A DNA stretch of 32,000 nt from Candidatus Saccharimonadota bacterium (lineage in GTDB: Bacteria > Pseudomonadota > Alphaproteobacteria > Rickettsiales > Anaplasmataceae): NCBI RefSeq assembly GCF_013365495.1, contig NZ_CP046580.1:390001-422000 (forward strand). Direction: 5' to 3'. How positions within the stretch are numbered: position 1 is the first letter of the stretch; each line of letters opens with the position of its first letter. Position numbers and translations under genes: made by a program. Below, one piece after another: positions 1-10,591 of the stretch. The notes beneath the pieces were generated by a model. That model did not search any database. It was not told the origin of the DNA and was given only the letters and a program-made list of their open reading frames with translations.

Positions 1-1
1 T

Positions 2-667
2 ACAAAGCTCATTAGAGAGATAACAGTTATTGCAAAGCAAGGTTTACCTAATCCTGAACTTAATCCACGCCTTCGCTCTGCTCTATCTACTGCACGTAAA
101 GAGAATTTACCGAAAGATAAAATAAAAACAGCAATAAAAAATGCTATTGGTAGTGCTGTAGGAAAAAATTATGAGGAAATACAATATGAAGGTTATGGAC
201 CATCTGGTACTGCGCTTATTGTTCATGCTTTAACAAATAATCGTAATCGAACTATTTCTGAGATACGTTATATTTTTTCGCGCAAGGGTGGAAGTTTAGG
301 AGAAATGGGAAATGTTAATTACCTTTTCGATCATGTAGGTTTGATTATTTATAAAATGGAAAATGTAGCTTTTGAAGCTCTATTTGATTATGGAATTGAA
401 TTAGAAGTATTTGATGTTGAGAAAAATGATAAAAAAGGATTGTGTATTATAACTTGCAAAACAAAAGATTTTTGTAGAGTGTGTAATGCTTTTTATGCAA
501 AATTTGGAAAGCCAGAGCTTGCTCGCCTTTCATGGAGGCCAAAAAATTTAATTGAAATTACTGATAAGAAATTAATCAATAAATTATCTATATTGATTAG
601 AGAGTTAGAAAGTAATGATGATGTTCGATACGTTGAGAGTAATTTTACTTTTGCTGATTCTGCTTAA
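2..667 (+). CDS. yebC: YebC/PmpR-family probable transcriptional regulator, 5' end outside the window
   Basis: Frame 2 is open from the window edge. My translation reads KLIREITVIAKQGLPNPELNPRLRSALSTARKENLPKDKIKTAIKNA...YEGYGPSGTALIVHALTNNRNRTISEIRYIFSRKGGSLGE, which matches the conserved YebC core (YEGYGPxG...ALTDNRNRT). The ORF-track entry 305..667 is only the portion after an internal Met in the same frame (2 mod 3 = 305 mod 3). Confidence 0.85.
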   Translation, partial: TKLIREITVIAKQGLPNPELNPRLRSALSTARKENLPKDKIKTAIKNAIGSAVGKNYEEIQYEGYGPSGTALIVHALTNNRNRTISEIRYIFSRKGGSLGEMGNVNYLFDHVGLIIYKMENVAFEALFDYGIELEVFDVEKNDKKGLCIITCKTKDFCRVCNAFYAKFGKPELARLSWRPKNLIEITDKKLINKLSILIRELESNDDVRYVESNFTFADSA

Positions 668-3618
668 ACTATGTTATGAAATTTATGATATTTATATGCT
701 TTATAATTGCCAATGTTTCAGTTTGTATGATCTTAAAATAATAATTAATAATTAAAACAATCTTAATTAATTTTAGTAACTAAGATTTTCTTTTACTGTA
801 TGGTTAGCAGGTTTCACTCCACAGTAGCTAATAAAGTTGATTGTATAAATGAGAGTTGGTATAAACTTTGAAAGGGATATTAATTATACCTGTAGTAATT
901 TTAAAGTTCTTTTGAGGGATCGTTTAATAACTAAAAGAGTAGGAAAAAATTATACATTCACTAGTATAATAAAAAAAGTTACTCATTTATTTTATTAAAA
1001 ATTGCGAAATTGTAAAAGAAAGGTCTTTTAGTAATCAAAGAAGGAGTAAGTTTTAAAAATGGTAAGGCTTTTGTCAATTTTTCCTAATAGAGATTTCATA
1101 TATTTTTAAAATTTGGTAATAGAGCATTTCAATTTATGATAAGATTATTTTTTATAAAGGAGTAGGAGATTTATTTAGCTAAATTTGTTTTTCATGTATA
1201 TACTGTTGCAGAAAGTATGATAAATATAATATATAGAAATAAGAATGGTTAGGTAGGTAAATATATAAAGTTAAAGTAAAACATAAAAATAGATATTTGA
1301 CTTGCTATGTTGCACAAGTAAATTTAGTGATAATATAAGTGGTTAACTTTTAAATAAATGATAAAAAAGCAAGGAGGTAAGCTGTGCAGCTTATTATGTT
1401 TTTGTTGAGCGAGTACTGTGTGTTGAGTAAGATCACATTTATGTTATCAGCTGATATAATAGTATATGAAAGTGAAGTAGATTAATTGATTATATAAAAA
1501 AAGGTTTAAGATACTTGTAAATAAGATAAATAAAACGGTCAGTAAAGGGTATTTTAATGAAAACAAAATTAAAAGTAACATTGATAGTGTTGAGCATAGA
1601 GTAGATAAATTTAAGTTAACTCTACTACTTTTATAGTGATATAGTATATTAAAATATTTATTAATGTTTTATCTCAATGCAGTTTGTTTCAATATTAATT
1701 TTTTCTTAAAAGATTTTTATTAATTCCCCTAAAAGAAGAAAGAAGTAGAATTTCTTAAATATTATTGAAATTTATTCTAATAAAATGTTTATCATAATTT
1801 TACTTATAAGTAAACATGTTTTTTTAATTAAAGTTAAAGGTATCACATAAAAAAGTTAAAGTGAGTGGTGTAAAGATAATTCAATAGAGATTTCAATAGT
1901 GATTATTTCAGAATAAAACCAATGTAATATTGGTTACTGTATAGGTTTATTTTATACAAAGCCCTTTTAGTGATACAGAAAATAGTAATATATTTTACAC
2001 TTTTATCTGAAAAGATAAAAGTGGCTAGGTTGTAATAAGTATATACTGCTCTTAATATAGTATAGTGTAAAATATAATTTAATTTTTTTTGTGTTATGCT
2101 TATGAATTAAAGTTTACATTATTTAATTAAGTATATGATAAAACTAGATAGTATATAGTAAAATTGTATATTAGGATACCTTTAAGAAGGTAAGAGTAAA
2201 GGGTATAACCTTTTAAATATGATTTTGTCATTATTAAAAAATACATATGCATAAATATGAAAGATTTTTTTACTTTTTGTATTAATTATATTTAATAAGT
2301 TTACTTTAAGTATATATAGAGTATAAGTTGTTAAACTTATGTAATTAGTGTATTACTACTAATATTAGTAGATTTTTTATTTTGTTATCATCTTGATTAT
2401 TATAGTATTTATTAGGACTCTACTTTAAATGTGTGTTTATAACATTACTGGGTTTTAGGGTTAATTGATTAGTGTGTGAACTAATCATTCAAAATATGTT
2501 ATTACTCGATAAAAAATCTATACCAAGCTATATATAGCTATATAATGCTCGTTACAATAATATTGATATTATAATATTTTGTTAGAATATTTTGAAAATT
2601 ATTTAGTATAGTTTTATAAGTTATGTTTATTGTTGCTGTAGATGGAGGGCAAGTAAAATAAATAAGTGTTTTTGTTAGTGTGTAGTAATTTACCTTTGGA
2701 AAAAATAAAATTGCTATTTAGGTAATGAGAGAACTATCAATTGTAATTGATTTCTGAAATGATTTATATGTTTATTTTGAGTTTAATTTTCTATAAATTT
2801 TAGAAAAAATTCTTGATAAATAAAAAATCTTAAACATCTTCTCGCACTTTTTCTGAAGTTCTTAACTTCAAGAATTGAAATTTATCATTTTTATGTCTTA
2901 TACCATTTTTGTTTAGAGATTAAATATATAATTTTATAAATTATGTAATCATAGTGCTTTCTTTATTATAAACGTCACTAATTTAGTTTTTTTATTAAGA
3001 ATGTTGTGTTATCAGATTGAGCTAGTAGTTTCTATTAGAGCAATGTTAATATAATGCGTTTCTCTTTAATAAAGGATCAATTCATGGGAAGGAACTATAG
3101 TAAAAGTTATTATTTAGTCCTTCATCATTAATAGGAGGAATTAAATTAATAACTAATTTTTTCTAATTACGGGTTTATTTAAGATTGCTATTTTCTTGCA
3201 TTAGAACATTTTCTCAAATTTTTTTTGTAGTTGAGTGATAATTCTTGTTTTAGATTTGTTTTTTGAAAAAGTGAAATGTCATTAGTCTGTAAAGTTTCTC
3301 CTGTGTGTTATCGGTTAACTTTACTTAAATTTTGATAAAGTTTTGTTTATATTTATCATTAGTTAATGAAATTAATTGTATAAAAATTACGTGTTTTTAA
3401 AGGGTTTGCTTTATTAGTTTTTACAATTTTAAATTTGCTATGATTAAAATCTTTATAATTGAGTGTTTGAAAACTATTAGATTTTTTGTTTTTGCTACGG
3501 TATTGTTTCTTAATCGGCATTTAATTAGGTATATTATAAAAGTTGCTAATGATCATTTGAGAAGTACTTGCTTGCTATAGACTAAGGTTTTTCTTTGGTT
3601 TAATATAGAGATATGTGA
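668..3618. other. 2.95-kb ORF-free spacer (no ORF >=60 aa in six frames)
   Basis: The ORF track is empty here. I found no tRNA-like or GC-rich structured island on reading. The + strand is A/G-rich up to ~2700 and T-rich from ~2750 (hand counts on sample stretches). Confidence 0.8.
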
Positions 3619-5034
3619 TTGATAAATAAGTCTAGGATGAGTGGGTTATTAGTAAAAACTGATGACAATGTAGTACGAGTTGAAGATAAGAAAGCAGTGA
3701 AGGGCTTTTTTAGAATACTAGGTGGAGTAGCAGGTGCTGTAAGGTCTTGGATTGGTAATATCAGTCCTGATTTAGGTAATAGTCGTGATATAGATAGCTT
3801 GGTTTTGAAAATGAATGAATGCTTAAATCCAAAGGGAGGAGAAATTTCAGCACGTAGGAATACTGTATCTCTTGGTAATTTATATTTAGGTTTATCAGAA
3901 AAAGGTAAAATAAGGTTTTTGCAGACTTTAGTAGAAAAATTTAATCCAAGTAAAGCAGAAATAGATGAGAGAATAAGAGAATACAGGGAAAATAAGAATT
4001 TTGAGTTAGACTATAGATTTGAGCAAGATTTGATAAAAGTTCTTGAACCACCTCGCTTTAAGATATTAAAGCAATTTATTTCTTTACCAGAAGGTCTGAA
4101 ATTTATTGTTGATATGCGTTCTGATGTGCTAAAGTTAAAGAAGCAATATAAAGAGCTTAATCGATTAGAAAGTGAATTAAAAAGTATACTTATTTCCTGG
4201 GTCGATGTTGATCTACTAGATCTTCGTCAAATTACTTGGGATTCCCCTGCATCATTATTAGAAAAACTTATAAAGTATGAAGCTGTGCATAAAATTTCCT
4301 CATGGGATGATTTAAAAAATAGGCTAGATTCTGATCGTCTCTGTTTTACTTTTTTTCATCATAAAATACCAAATGAACCTCTAATTTTTGTAGAGGTTGC
4401 ATTGATGAATAGGATTGCTGATAGTATTCAGCATCTTTTAGATGAATCAATGCCCCCGAGTGATCCATATAATGCAAATACTGCTATATTTTATTCAATA
4501 TCAAATACCCAAGCTGGGTTATCTGGAATTAGCTTAGGTAATTTTTTGATTAAAAGAGTTGTAGAAAAGCTATCGCAAGAGTTTAAGAGTATAAAGACTT
4601 ACGCAACGCTTTCTCCAATACCTGGCTTTATAAGATGGCTAAAAGGAAATTTAAATCAGGATATTACTTTATTAGGGAAATTAGGTATAAAGCAGTCTAG
4701 TACAGAAGTTTTAGAGAGTATCAAGCAATTTAAAATTAATATTGGATATGAAAAACAATGTTTGTTGAAACTTTGTGCATATTACTTACTAAAGGTTAAA
4801 AATGATGATGGTGGTGCTTATGATCGGGTAGCACACTTTCATTTAAGTAATGGTGCATCAATAAAGCAGTTAAACTGGATGGCAGATACTTCTGAAAAAG
4901 GTATTAGTCAATCAGCTGGAATAATGGTGAATTATTTATATGAATTATCTAAAATAGATAATAATCATGAAAATTATATAGTTAATAAAATGATTTCTTG
5001 TGCAAAACAGGTATCATCCATATCAAAGGGGTAA
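3619..5034 (+). CDS. Malonyl-CoA decarboxylase (MCD/MLYCD family)
   Basis: 471 aa. It contains AIFYSISNTQAGLSGISLGNFLIKRVVEKL and VAHFHLSNGA, which match the conserved MCD catalytic-domain motifs as I remember them. The track start at 3619 is a TTG; the first ATG is at 3637 (MSGLLVK...), so the true start may be 3637. Confidence 0.8.
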   Translation: MINKSRMSGLLVKTDDNVVRVEDKKAVKGFFRILGGVAGAVRSWIGNISPDLGNSRDIDSLVLKMNECLNPKGGEISARRNTVSLGNLYLGLSEKGKIRFLQTLVEKFNPSKAEIDERIREYRENKNFELDYRFEQDLIKVLEPPRFKILKQFISLPEGLKFIVDMRSDVLKLKKQYKELNRLESELKSILISWVDVDLLDLRQITWDSPASLLEKLIKYEAVHKISSWDDLKNRLDSDRLCFTFFHHKIPNEPLIFVEVALMNRIADSIQHLLDESMPPSDPYNANTAIFYSISNTQAGLSGISLGNFLIKRVVEKLSQEFKSIKTYATLSPIPGFIRWLKGNLNQDITLLGKLGIKQSSTEVLESIKQFKINIGYEKQCLLKLCAYYLLKVKNDDGGAYDRVAHFHLSNGASIKQLNWMADTSEKGISQSAGIMVNYLYELSKIDNNHENYIVNKMISCAKQVSSISKG

Positions 5035-5095
5035 GAAATTATTGTTTTAAAATGTTTAAGATGTAAAATAATTTTTCTAAATAATAAGTTGATTA

Positions 5096-6889
5096 ATGAA
5101 TAACATAAGAAATTTTGCAATAATAGCACATATAAATCATGGAAAATCAACGCTTGCTGATCGTTTGATAGAGAAATGTGGTGGTTTTGAGATGAGGAAA
5201 ATGACTAATCAGATACTGGATTCAATGGAGATAGAACGTGAACGTGGAATTACAATTAAAGCACAAACGGTGAGACTAATCTATACTGCTAATGATGGTA
5301 ATCGATATTACTTAAATCTTATAGATACTCCAGGTCATGTAGATTTTTCATATGAAGTAAGTCGAAGCTTGGCTGCGTGTGAAGGTTCACTTTTAGTAGT
5401 GGATAGTAGCCAGGGAGTTGAGGCTCAAACTATTGCAAATGTATATAAGGCTATTGACAATAATCATGAGATAATAGTCATACTTAACAAAGTTGATCTT
5501 CCTGCTGCAGATACAGAAAAGGTAAAGTTTCAGGTAGAGGAAGTAATAGGTATTGATGCGAGTAAGTCGATTCTGATATCAGCAAAAACTGGATTTGGAG
5601 TAAGAGACGTATTAGAAGCAATAGTAACGAAACTTCCACCTCCGCAAGGTGACATAGATGCTCCTCTACAAGCAATTTTAATTGATAGTTGGTATGATCT
5701 TTATTTGGGAGTAGTCATTTTAGTAAGAATTAAAAATGGAATATTAAAGAAAGGTATGAGAATTGTTATGATGTCTAGTAGTACTATATATCAGGTTGAT
5801 AATATTGGTATTTTTACTCCTAAAAAGGTTATGGCTGATAAACTCTCTGCGGGTGAGGTAGGTTTTATCGTTGCTTCAATAAAAGAAGTAACTGATTGTA
5901 AAGTGGGAGATACTATTACCGAAGAGAATAGGCCATGTAGTGAAATATTGCCAGGCTTTAAAGAAGTACGTCCTGTGGTATTTTGTGGTATTTTTCCTAA
6001 GAAAGCTGGTAATTTGAAATATTTAAGAAGAGCTTTAGAAAAATTACATTTAAATGATGCTAGTTTTACTTTTGAGGCTGAAACTTCAAGTGTATTAGGT
6101 TATGGATTTCGTTGTGGTTTTTTAGGAATATTACATCTTGAGATTGTTCAAGAAAGGCTTAAGAAGGAATTTGGTTTATGTTTAATAGTAACTGTGCCAA
6201 GTGTTATATATAGAATCACAACTCAAAATGGTGATATTTTAAATATTTATAGTTCTAGTAATATGCCAGATTTTAAAAAAGTTAAAGTAGTAGAAGAACC
6301 GTGGATTACTGCGACTATAATAGTACCTGATCAATATTTAGGAGGGGTTTTATTTTTATGTAAAGAAAGAAGAGGAGAACAAAAAAGTTTATCTTATATT
6401 AGTAATACAACAACAGCATTATTGAAATATCATTTACCCCTGTCTGAGGTGATTTTTGACTTTTTTGATAAGTTAAAATCAATTTCTAGGGGATATGCAA
6501 GTTTAGACTGGGAAGTTTATGATTATCGAGAGAGTCAAGTAGATAAGCTAAATTTTTTAGTTAATGGAGAATTAGTTAATGCATTGACCTGCATTATTCA
6601 TAAAAGTAAAGTAGAAAAAAGGGGGAGAGAAATATGCTCTCGTTTAAAGAGTTTAATACCCCGTCAGCAATATAAGATTATAATTCAGGCAGCAGTAGGT
6701 AGTAAGATTATTGCCAGAGAAACAATTAATCCATACAGAAAAGATGTAACAGCTAAACTTTATGGTGGAGATGTAACACGAAGAATAAAACTTTTAGAAA
6801 AACAAAAGAGAGGTAAGAAAAGACTTTATGCTATAGGAAAGTTAGATATTCCGTATAGTACTTTTATTCAAGCATTGAAAATAAATTGA
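5096..6889 (+). CDS. lepA: Elongation factor 4 (LepA)
   Basis: 597 aa. GTPase motifs are present: [17 protein letters not shown] (G1), DTPGHVDF (G3) and NKVDL (G4). The C-terminal end is LepA-specific (...[12 protein letters not shown]). Confidence 0.95.
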   Translation: MNNIRNFAIIAHINHGKSTLADRLIEKCGGFEMRKMTNQILDSMEIERERGITIKAQTVRLIYTANDGNRYYLNLIDTPGHVDFSYEVSRSLAACEGSLLVVDSSQGVEAQTIANVYKAIDNNHEIIVILNKVDLPAADTEKVKFQVEEVIGIDASKSILISAKTGFGVRDVLEAIVTKLPPPQGDIDAPLQAILIDSWYDLYLGVVILVRIKNGILKKGMRIVMMSSSTIYQVDNIGIFTPKKVMADKLSAGEVGFIVASIKEVTDCKVGDTITEENRPCSEILPGFKEVRPVVFCGIFPKKAGNLKYLRRALEKLHLNDASFTFEAETSSVLGYGFRCGFLGILHLEIVQERLKKEFGLCLIVTVPSVIYRITTQNGDILNIYSSSNMPDFKKVKVVEEPWITATIIVPDQYLGGVLFLCKERRGEQKSLSYISNTTTALLKYHLPLSEVIFDFFDKLKSISRGYASLDWEVYDYRESQVDKLNFLVNGELVNALTCIIHKSKVEKRGREICSRLKSLIPRQQYKIIIQAAVGSKIIARETINPYRKDVTAKLYGGDVTRRIKLLEKQKRGKKRLYAIGKLDIPYSTFIQALKIN

Positions 6890-6909
6890 CTAGTGTGCAT
6901 GGTTATATA

Positions 6910-8196
6910 CTAAAGGTACTTTGATTTATTAATAAAGTGTTCCTCTACGTAATTATCAATGATTATTTTAAATTCTTCAAATATATTGCTGCCTTGTAAG
7001 GTTTTGAAATATTTTCCATCTTTATAGACTGCTGAGACTGTTTTCTCTCCATATCCAGGCAAGCTAATTCCTAGATTTGCATATTTGCTCTCCCCTGGAC
7101 CATTTACAATGCAACCCATGACAGCAATATTCATGTGTTCTACACCTGTTTTTTTTTCCTTCCATATTGGCATGCGAGTTTTTATATAATTATTTACTTC
7201 TTCAGTTAATGTGCGAAAGCGATCACTATTTGTACGTCCACATCCTGGACAAGAGCTAACTTGAGGATTAAAGTAGCGTAAGCCTATAGACTGAAGTATT
7301 TCCTGGCACACTTTTATTTCGTTAGTTCGTGATTCACCAGGACGTTGAGTTAAAGAAGCACGTATCGTATCTCCAATACCGTTTTGTAATAAGTAAGTAA
7401 GCCCTGCTGTAGTATTTATCATACCTCTATTACCCATACCTGCTTCTGTTAGGCCTAGGTGTAAGGCATAATTGGAAGATCTTGCAAGTGTTGTATAAAT
7501 TGGAATTAGATCCTGTACCTTGCTTACTTTACAAGAAATAATTATTTTGTTTGGGTTAAGTCCAATTTCTTCAGCTTTTTTTGCACTACTGAGGACAGAT
7601 ATTATAAGTGTTTTACGTAGTAAAATATCAGAAGATTTTGGATTTTTAGATAAAGAGTTCTCATTCATTAATTTTTGAATAAGATACTTGTCAAGACTAC
7701 CCCAGTTTACTCCAATCCTCACAGGAAGATCATATTTTATTGCGTATTCTATAACTCTTTCAAAAATTTTATCACGTTTATTACCAAAACCTATATTTCC
7801 TGGATTTATTCTAATTTTACCTAGCATGTTGATGTTGCTTGGATAATTTTTAACTAACTTATCTAGTTCATATTGTCCACAACCTACTAATATCTTGCCA
7901 TCAAAACCTTTTTTATTTATCTCTTCTACTATGTAAGGTATTGCTTTTGCTACTTCTTCTGAATTTAGAGCAATTCGTATTAGCTCTGAACCAGCATGTG
8001 CTAGTTCTATTATTTCTTTTGCATATTGCTTAGCACTACTTTTTATGTTGTCAGGATCAATATGCATACCAAGAGCCATAGATTGTATCACTATGGGATT
8101 ATTTCCACCTATTTTTACTTTTCCAACTTTCACAACATAGGTCCTGTGTCTGTGAGGTTTATGGTGTAGTTTATTCCATAGATCTTCATTTAACAT
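6910..8196 (-). CDS. ispG: 4-hydroxy-3-methylbut-2-enyl diphosphate synthase (IspG/GcpE), MEP pathway
   Basis: 428 aa. The N-terminus reads [23 protein letters not shown]. Fe-S cysteine motifs SCPGCGRT and [11 protein letters not shown] are present. Confidence 0.92.
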   Translation of the reverse strand: MLNEDLWNKLHHKPHRHRTYVVKVGKVKIGGNNPIVIQSMALGMHIDPDNIKSSAKQYAKEIIELAHAGSELIRIALNSEEVAKAIPYIVEEINKKGFDGKILVGCGQYELDKLVKNYPSNINMLGKIRINPGNIGFGNKRDKIFERVIEYAIKYDLPVRIGVNWGSLDKYLIQKLMNENSLSKNPKSSDILLRKTLIISVLSSAKKAEEIGLNPNKIIISCKVSKVQDLIPIYTTLARSSNYALHLGLTEAGMGNRGMINTTAGLTYLLQNGIGDTIRASLTQRPGESRTNEIKVCQEILQSIGLRYFNPQVSSCPGCGRTNSDRFRTLTEEVNNYIKTRMPIWKEKKTGVEHMNIAVMGCIVNGPGESKYANLGISLPGYGEKTVSAVYKDGKYFKTLQGSNIFEEFKIIIDNYVEEHFINKSKYL

Positions 8197-8839
8197 GTTG
8201 TTCAGTTTGTTTTATTGTATTAGTAGTTTCACTTTCAGGTAAATTCGAGCTACTGAGATTACGTTGTGTTTCATTGTCGAGATCTGTAATAGCATCATGT
8301 GAGCATGTTTTTTTTAATAGTGTGTTCTTTACGATATTTATAGGAGAATTTTTTTTCTCTTGTGTTGCTTTAACTTTTGTTTCTTCTTGATATTTATCTT
8401 TACATTGCTCATTTTTATATTTTGGAACCTGCTCTTGATCTATGAATGTAGCTCCTTTGAGACGTGCAAGATTAATACCATGTTGATTGATCATAGCTTC
8501 TTTTTCATCATTAATTATACAGGCTTCTGAATTGCTTAGTCTATTATTGAGAATGTTAATTTTTTTCTTTAATTTTTTGGCTAAATTTTCTTTATTTATG
8601 TTAGTGTTAGCTTGGTTTTGTAACTTTTTTTTCTTTAGGAGTTTTCTACGCTTTTCATATAGTTTATATGATTCAGCAAAATCTTCATCTTTATAAAAAT
8701 TTGTGCCACCAGGGTTACCTGGAGGTTTATATTTTTCACTAAGTTTTATTTTAGACTTGGCTTCAGTAGTATTTATAATTAGAAAGCTAGAGATCAAAAA
8801 CATTGGTATAAATAAAACTCCAGAAAAAATTTTAGGCAT
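8186..8839 (-). CDS. Hypothetical exported Lys-rich protein (orphan)
   Basis: 217 aa. The N-terminus [29 protein letters not shown] looks like a signal peptide. The rest is a K/N/E-rich low-complexity polar sequence. Its stop overlaps the ispG start by 11 nt (ACAGAACAACATGTTAAATGA), which suggests co-transcription. I recognise no family. Confidence 0.6.
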   Translation of the reverse strand: MPKIFSGVLFIPMFLISSFLIINTTEAKSKIKLSEKYKPPGNPGGTNFYKDEDFAESYKLYEKRRKLLKKKKLQNQANTNINKENLAKKLKKKINILNNRLSNSEACIINDEKEAMINQHGINLARLKGATFIDQEQVPKYKNEQCKDKYQEETKVKATQEKKNSPINIVKNTLLKKTCSHDAITDLDNETQRNLSSSNLPESETTNTIKQTEQHVK

Positions 8840-9703
8840 ATAGTATTATAGTAAATTTTTTTATTTAAAAATAACAATTAATAAACTTTAAGTAAACTGG
8901 AATCTTAGTGGGTTTATAGTAAGTAGTAACTTGCTATTTGATTAATATAAGTCAATTCTTTTGAAAGATCATATATGTAATCTTTTTATTTTAACTATTT
9001 TGATATAAATTGAATAAGATGATAGCGAAAAGATAATGTTAATTAAAAAAGCTTAGAAATATTTACTAGAAAAATATAAATTAATTTAAAAGAAATATCA
9101 AAGAAACGTTTATTAAGGAACTTAAGTGTTTTACCTACCGCTAATTTAGTAAAGTTAGTATGAGTTTAATCAAATAAACAAGGGAAAAATTCTTTATTTT
9201 AATTTTGTATAAAAAAAGATTTTTGACTTTGTGATCAGGTTTGATATTGATAAAGTATTTTAGCATCCTTTTTCTACTATAACTTTTCATGCTTATTTTG
9301 AATATTGGTTACAAATAAGTAAAAATAGATAGCAAGGATATCTGATATGAAAAACATTATGGCAAATTATAGTTATAAATCTGCAATGATATTTTAAACT
9401 TAGTGGATAAAATACAAAAATGGGTAAAATAAATAATAGTATATGAATGTGATTTTGTAAAATAGATGATGATAGTCTTGAATTTTTTAGTCTGAAAGTA
9501 TAACTTCTTTTTAAGAAGTGAAGCAATTGATGATTTTTAAAATTGTATGATGAAGAGGTGAGTTACTTAAAAAATTGATTTTAATAAATATTAAAGTTTT
9601 TTTACTGCTCCAGCTAACAAATTTATAAGAAAAATTTTTTTTTAATTAAAATAAATAATTTTATTTTTACAATAAAATATTATGTAATAGCTATAAAACT
9701 TGC

Positions 9704-10591
9704 TTAATAGCTACCTAAAATCTTTATTTCCCATTCAAGTTCGATGTTGAACTTTTTTTTTACTGCATTTTTTACCTTGTTGCCAAGAATTTCTAGGTCA
9801 GATGCAGTTGCATTGTTATAATTTAGTAAAAAATTACAATGCTTTTTAGAAATTTTAGCTCTGCCATTATCTAATCCTCGGCATTCAGACTGATCAATTA
9901 ATTTCCATGCTTGGTGGTTTTTAGGATTTTTAAATATGCATCCAGCAGTATTCCCTTTTATTGGCTGGCTTTTATTTTTTTTATGAATAATTTCTTTTAT
10001 TTTTTTTAGTATAATTGTCTGCTCTGAACTTACTCCTTTAAACTCAGCTTCGACGAAAATCCATCTTCCATTCAAGTTATGACCACGATACATATAATCC
10101 ATTTTTTTACTTGAGAACTCATATAAGTTTCCATCTTCTAAATTTACTGCTTTTATGGATTGTATAATGTTTGCGATGTCACTACCATATGCACCTGCAT
10201 TCATTTCTATTCCACCCCCAACTGTTCCTGGAATTCCAACTAGAAACTCTAGTCCACTAATTTGTTGCTTCTTTGCAAAATAAGCTAAATTGCTAAGTAG
10301 TACAGCACCACCTGCAATAATGGAGTTATTACCTATATACTTAATATATCCGAATTCCTTACCTAGTTTTACTGTTATTCCTCGAATACCACTATCTCGT
10401 ACTATTATGTTGGAGGTTGCACCGATAACATGAATTGGTAATTCAACATTTTTAATTAAGTATGTTAAATCTTTGATGTTATATGGCTTAAATAATACGT
10501 CAACTTGTCCACCAACTTTTAACCATGTTATTTTAGACATTAAAATGTTATATCGATAGACTCCATGAACTTTAGGTAAGCTTATGAGCAT
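9704..10591 (-). CDS. murB: UDP-N-acetylenolpyruvoylglucosamine reductase (MurB)
   Basis: 295 aa. It has FAD-binding domain motifs (LKVGGQVDVLF, GIPGTVGGGIEMNAGAYG), the substrate motif NTAGCIFKNP and the C-terminal ELEWEIKILG. Its ATG lies inside the last 10 nt of hemC (ATGCTCATAA). Confidence 0.88.
   Translation of the reverse strand: MLISLPKVHGVYRYNILMSKITWLKVGGQVDVLFKPYNIKDLTYLIKNVELPIHVIGATSNIIVRDSGIRGITVKLGKEFGYIKYIGNNSIIAGGAVLLSNLAYFAKKQQISGLEFLVGIPGTVGGGIEMNAGAYGSDIANIIQSIKAVNLEDGNLYEFSSKKMDYMYRGHNLNGRWIFVEAEFKGVSSEQTIILKKIKEIIHKKNKSQPIKGNTAGCIFKNPKNHQAWKLIDQSECRGLDNGRAKISKKHCNFLLNYNNATASDLEILGNKVKNAVKKKFNIELEWEIKILGSY

Noticed and set aside
305-667. The ORF-track entry as an independent 120-aa gene.
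   Set aside because: The same frame is open back to the window start and encodes the conserved N-terminal and middle part of YebC. The Met at 305 is internal.
1998-2023. A perfect 11-bp hairpin with a GAAA tetraloop (cacttttatct-gaaa-agataaaagtg) in the large spacer.
   Set aside because: It is attractive as an RNA element, but the stem is AT-rich, there is no flanking U-tract and no second copy. My rough estimate is that stems of this length with a free loop size occur about once per window by chance at this base composition.
2356-2383. A 16-bp perfect palindrome ctactaatattagtag followed by attttttatttt (terminator-like). Also the overlapping palindromes agctatatatagctatata at 2526-2544.
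   Set aside because: The stem is almost pure A/T and has no loop, so it would be weak as RNA. The expected number of 16-bp perfect palindromes in this composition is about 1-3 per window. I cannot distinguish these from chance without transcript data.
962-2610. Enrichment of the word TAGTATA in the 668-3618 spacer. I hand-found 6 exact copies at 962, 1460, 1642, 2058, 2149 and 2604, against roughly 1-2 expected.
   Set aside because: The enrichment is modest. The word is a TA-rich low-complexity string resembling many neighbours (tatagt, atagta). There is no regular spacing or conserved flanks, so this is compatible with dinucleotide bias or eroded microsatellite-like sequence.
5132-5146. LepA G1-region variant AHINHGKST, where AHIDHGKST is usual.
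   Set aside because: This is a single conservative Asp-to-Asn difference outside the P-loop GKS/T core. It is likely lineage variation and not evidence of altered function.
5484-5675. Antisense or overlapping ORFs in the track: 5484..5675(-), 8487..8696(+), 12618..12986(-), 12963..13163(+), 14347..14616(-), 15869..16093(+), 22202..22390(+), 22945..23241(-), 23765..24085(-), 26946..27167(-), 28719..29114(-), 29836..30150(+), 30376..30774(+).
   Set aside because: Each lies inside, or largely overlaps, a longer ORF on the opposite strand or another frame that has clear family motifs. Their translations are low-complexity L/S/I/F-rich shadow sequences with no recognisable motifs.
9392-9400. DnaA-box-like 9-mers: agtggataa at 9392, and weaker ttatccaag at 28152 and ttatccagt at 31709.
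   Set aside because: They are isolated, each has one or more mismatches to TTATCCACA, and they are not clustered or next to an AT-rich unwinding element distinct from the background. There is no support for an origin.
9293-9526. A 77-aa ORF (- strand) in the murB-ispG spacer.
   Set aside because: Its composition is low-complexity F/L/I/H/Y-rich, typical of random ORFs in AT-rich DNA. I see no convincing RBS and recognise no family. I mention it only as a caveat under the spacer finding.
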